64,000 bases of DNA from Monocercomonoides exilis PA203 (lineage: Eukaryota > Protista > Preaxostyla), in contig LSRY02000022.1 of assembly GCA_001643675.2 (NCBI GenBank), positions 1,054,001 to 1,118,000 of the forward strand, given 5' to 3'. This document shows, piece by piece, positions 61,437-64,000 of the stretch. The notes beneath the pieces are model-generated. The model was not told the origin of the DNA. It did no database searches and saw nothing but the letters and a program-made list of their open reading frames with translations. Both the position numbers and the translations under genes were made by a program. Within the stretch, counting starts at the first letter, position 1. The number at the start of each line of letters is the position of its first letter.

Positions 61437-63930
61437 TCATCGCTCTTTTGGTGACATCTTCGTTGTCACAATCTCAATCAGCTTCAGATCTTTTTTTACT
61501 GTGTCATTCACAACCTCTCTCAGATCTTCTGCTTCATTCTTAACTTTCTTCCATGGAATAATGAATACAATCGAAACAAAAAGAACAATTAGAAACATCA
61601 CAACCAATATTACAACAACAATCTGCCATATGGACATTTCTTTATTTCCACCTTCCACGATTCTTTCGTCAACTTTTGCATCAATTTAACTTGCATTCTT
61701 CAAAATAAATGTATGTGTTGATGAAGGAGATTCTGCATTTCCAAATAAAATATATGCACTGATTTCTATTTCATTTCCACAACTACTGATCAGATCCTTT
61801 GCCACGCTCCCTTCAACTTCTCTTTCTGACAAGAATCCATTTGAATCAAACTCATGTTTTTCAATCTCTTTTTCTTCTCCCTTCCTCTTCACAACTGAGA
61901 ATGACAGATTGCATGGAACAAGAAGCATTCCTTTGAATATCAGCTTCATTCTATCTGTCTCTTCTTTTGTTTCCACAGACTCCAGCACAGGAATAAAAAA
62001 TGATGATGCCCTCTCCGACGCAATCCCTTCCAGCTTGCAACCTTCGCTCAGCATCCATAACGATGAATTATCCTTCACCCCGTCTCCTCCTTTCAAGCTC
62101 ACCACATTCAATGTTCCTGAATCTGAGCAGATGATATTTCTTCTCAGTGATGGATATCCTTCAATTGATGGATTATTGTTCATAAATTCTCCTTTCTCAA
62201 TATTCATATTTCCTCCGCTCATTGTTATTCCGCCTTCTGGTGAATTTGTGATTGTTGAAACTTTCATTACCATAGAACTCTTCACAACATCCACAAGAGA
62301 TCCAGACCATCTGCACGTCTCTTCTTCCACATTCAAATTCTTCTCATTTCTTTCCTTTGAATTCTTATCAAAAATGCAACTATCCATTTTCACATCTGTG
62401 CAATCCTCCATTTTCATCAATTTCCCTTTTGTGGTCTTTGAACTGACTCCACCTATTGTGCAATTTGTCAATTGCACTGTCTTTTTCATTGACAAGCAAG
62501 ATATCAATGATTCTTCATTTTCATTAACTGAAATATTTTTTGTATTGAAATCTTTAATTGTTAATTGTCCACATTCGTTTATATTTATCAGAAAAGTTTT
62601 AATTGTTGAATTGGATATTGTTAATAAATAAATAACTGATGGAAGTGGAGAAGAAAGATACAAAGCTGATTCACGAAGTATTAGATTTTTCACTTTGAAT
62701 TCCATAAGTTGTAATTCTCCTTTTGCCACATCAAAAATGTGAAATGGAATATTTGCAAAATTAACATTTCCTCCTTCATTCGATTGCTTTGAGTCAAATG
62801 AACAATTCATAATTTCAAGAATTCCTCCTTCTGGTGATATCAGTGATTCGTGAAAAGAGTTGAAAAACGGATCAAACACAAAGTTCACTCTCAGCATTGA
62901 GACTGTTCCTGCTGTTGTTATCAACGCCTCTTTTGATCTTGGAATCTCTGATTCCACTTCAACTTCACACATCTCTCTGTTCTTCGAATTCAAACTCATT
63001 TCCTTCAGATTTATCTCTCCTTCAATCATGCTCTTTGCCACAATGAAAATCAGACGAACACGTTATGATGACAGATGCAAAAGACTATGAACAATCGAAT
63101 AACAAGGAAATTCATCGCTTCCACACCCCATTGTGTCATGCCCACCAGTCGCACAGGCACCTCTATCCACTTCAGTTCAACAAGAAACACTCGAAGATCC
63201 ATTTCCCCATATTTTCCATCTTCCCAACAAATGCATTTCCATCCTCCTTGAATTCTGAGTAATCAAATGCAAAACGCTCTGTATTCATTCTGTTTACCAG
63301 ATTGTTGCTCGTCACAATCATGTTCCTCCCAACTGTTGCTGAGCAGCCAGAAAACAATGTCGATGAAAGCTGAAATGCTTCTCCATTAGAAGTGCAATCC
63401 AAATATATTCCTCCTCCTTTTCCTCCCTCACTCATATTCTCACAAACACATCCGGTAAATGAACTATTTTCAATTGTCACATATCCTCCCTCTTCCAACA
63501 GTATCTTCAGTGCTCCTCCTTCTTTGCTCTTTTCTGATAATGCCCCTTCAATTAAACTTCCCTTCATTACCAATCCAACTCCAACACTCTCTCCAAACAC
63601 GGCTGCTTCTCCACTTCCATCAATCTCCAATCTTTGCAGTGAACAATTTAAAAGTTTCACCTTGTATTCCTGTTCATTAATATTTGCTGATGAAAGAGAG
63701 AACGAAAATAACGAGACTGTTGATTTCACATCTGAAATCGTGACAAACTCCAGCTCAACCATCATTTCTGTCGATTTGATTAAGAAAAATGTAATTGTGT
63801 TTTGCTTTCCTCCTGCCACACTCATTGCGCAGTTCTTCATATACAATTCGCCATTTTGAGTGTTTGATTCGATCACTGATGCGATTGTTTTTCTAAAACA
63901 AGATGGAATAATAATCCCAACGAACATCAT
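61437..63930 (-). pseudogene. Decayed member of the large surface membrane protein superfamily (related to 6652-10704); may extend beyond the window end
   Basis: GGAL/GGGI, CGSDEFPC, CRWSGSLV, NNNP..YPS, FFIPVL, GMLLVPCNL and a TM segment align with motifs of the 6652 protein. The frame is broken by two frameshifts near 63150-63225, in-frame TAA at 63063-63065 and 61686-61688, and an early TGA at 61437. Confidence 0.8.
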
Positions 63931-64000
63931 TTCTTTTTAACCTTGCGCTATTTTTGTATAATTTTCACTCAAATCGGCTATACCATTTAACATCTATCCT

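Noticed and set aside
61686-63065. In-frame TAA codons as evidence of TAR=Gln recoding, which is known in some oxymonads
   Set aside because: RPL37 and RPL37A end in TAA and the syntaxin ends in TAG at the expected positions. The same locus also has frameshifts, so it is a pseudogene.

Overview
AT-rich eukaryotic genomic DNA with short GT-AG introns and the standard genetic code. The expanded lineage-specific families and the huge poly-Ser/poly-Glu insertions suggest an oxymonad such as Monocercomonoides; this is an inference and was not searched. Host genes: a 1350-aa surface membrane protein, an IQ-like repeat protein, RPL37 and RPL37A, a ~4685-aa LRR-PP2C phosphatase, a divergent RasGEF, a PHO80/P-type cyclin with a head-to-head decayed inverted copy, a 9-exon syntaxin and an RRM protein with a giant Ser-rich tail. 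There are also two decayed pseudogenes and three short TA-flanked inverted-repeat (MITE-like) elements. The highlight is a complete, apparently young DIRS-type tyrosine-recombinase retrotransposon (51672-56338, minus strand) with gag-like, RT-RNaseH-methyltransferase and YR ORFs. Its 38-bp ITRs and 103-bp internal complementary region let the circular intermediate be reconstructed base by base. Circle and host target share a 7-bp core, TTTTATT, and removing the element restores the host reading frame exactly. The circle junction folds into a ~135-nt imperfect hairpin that carries the crossover core in its apical stem, and the recombinase has a non-canonical YSIK in place of HxxR.
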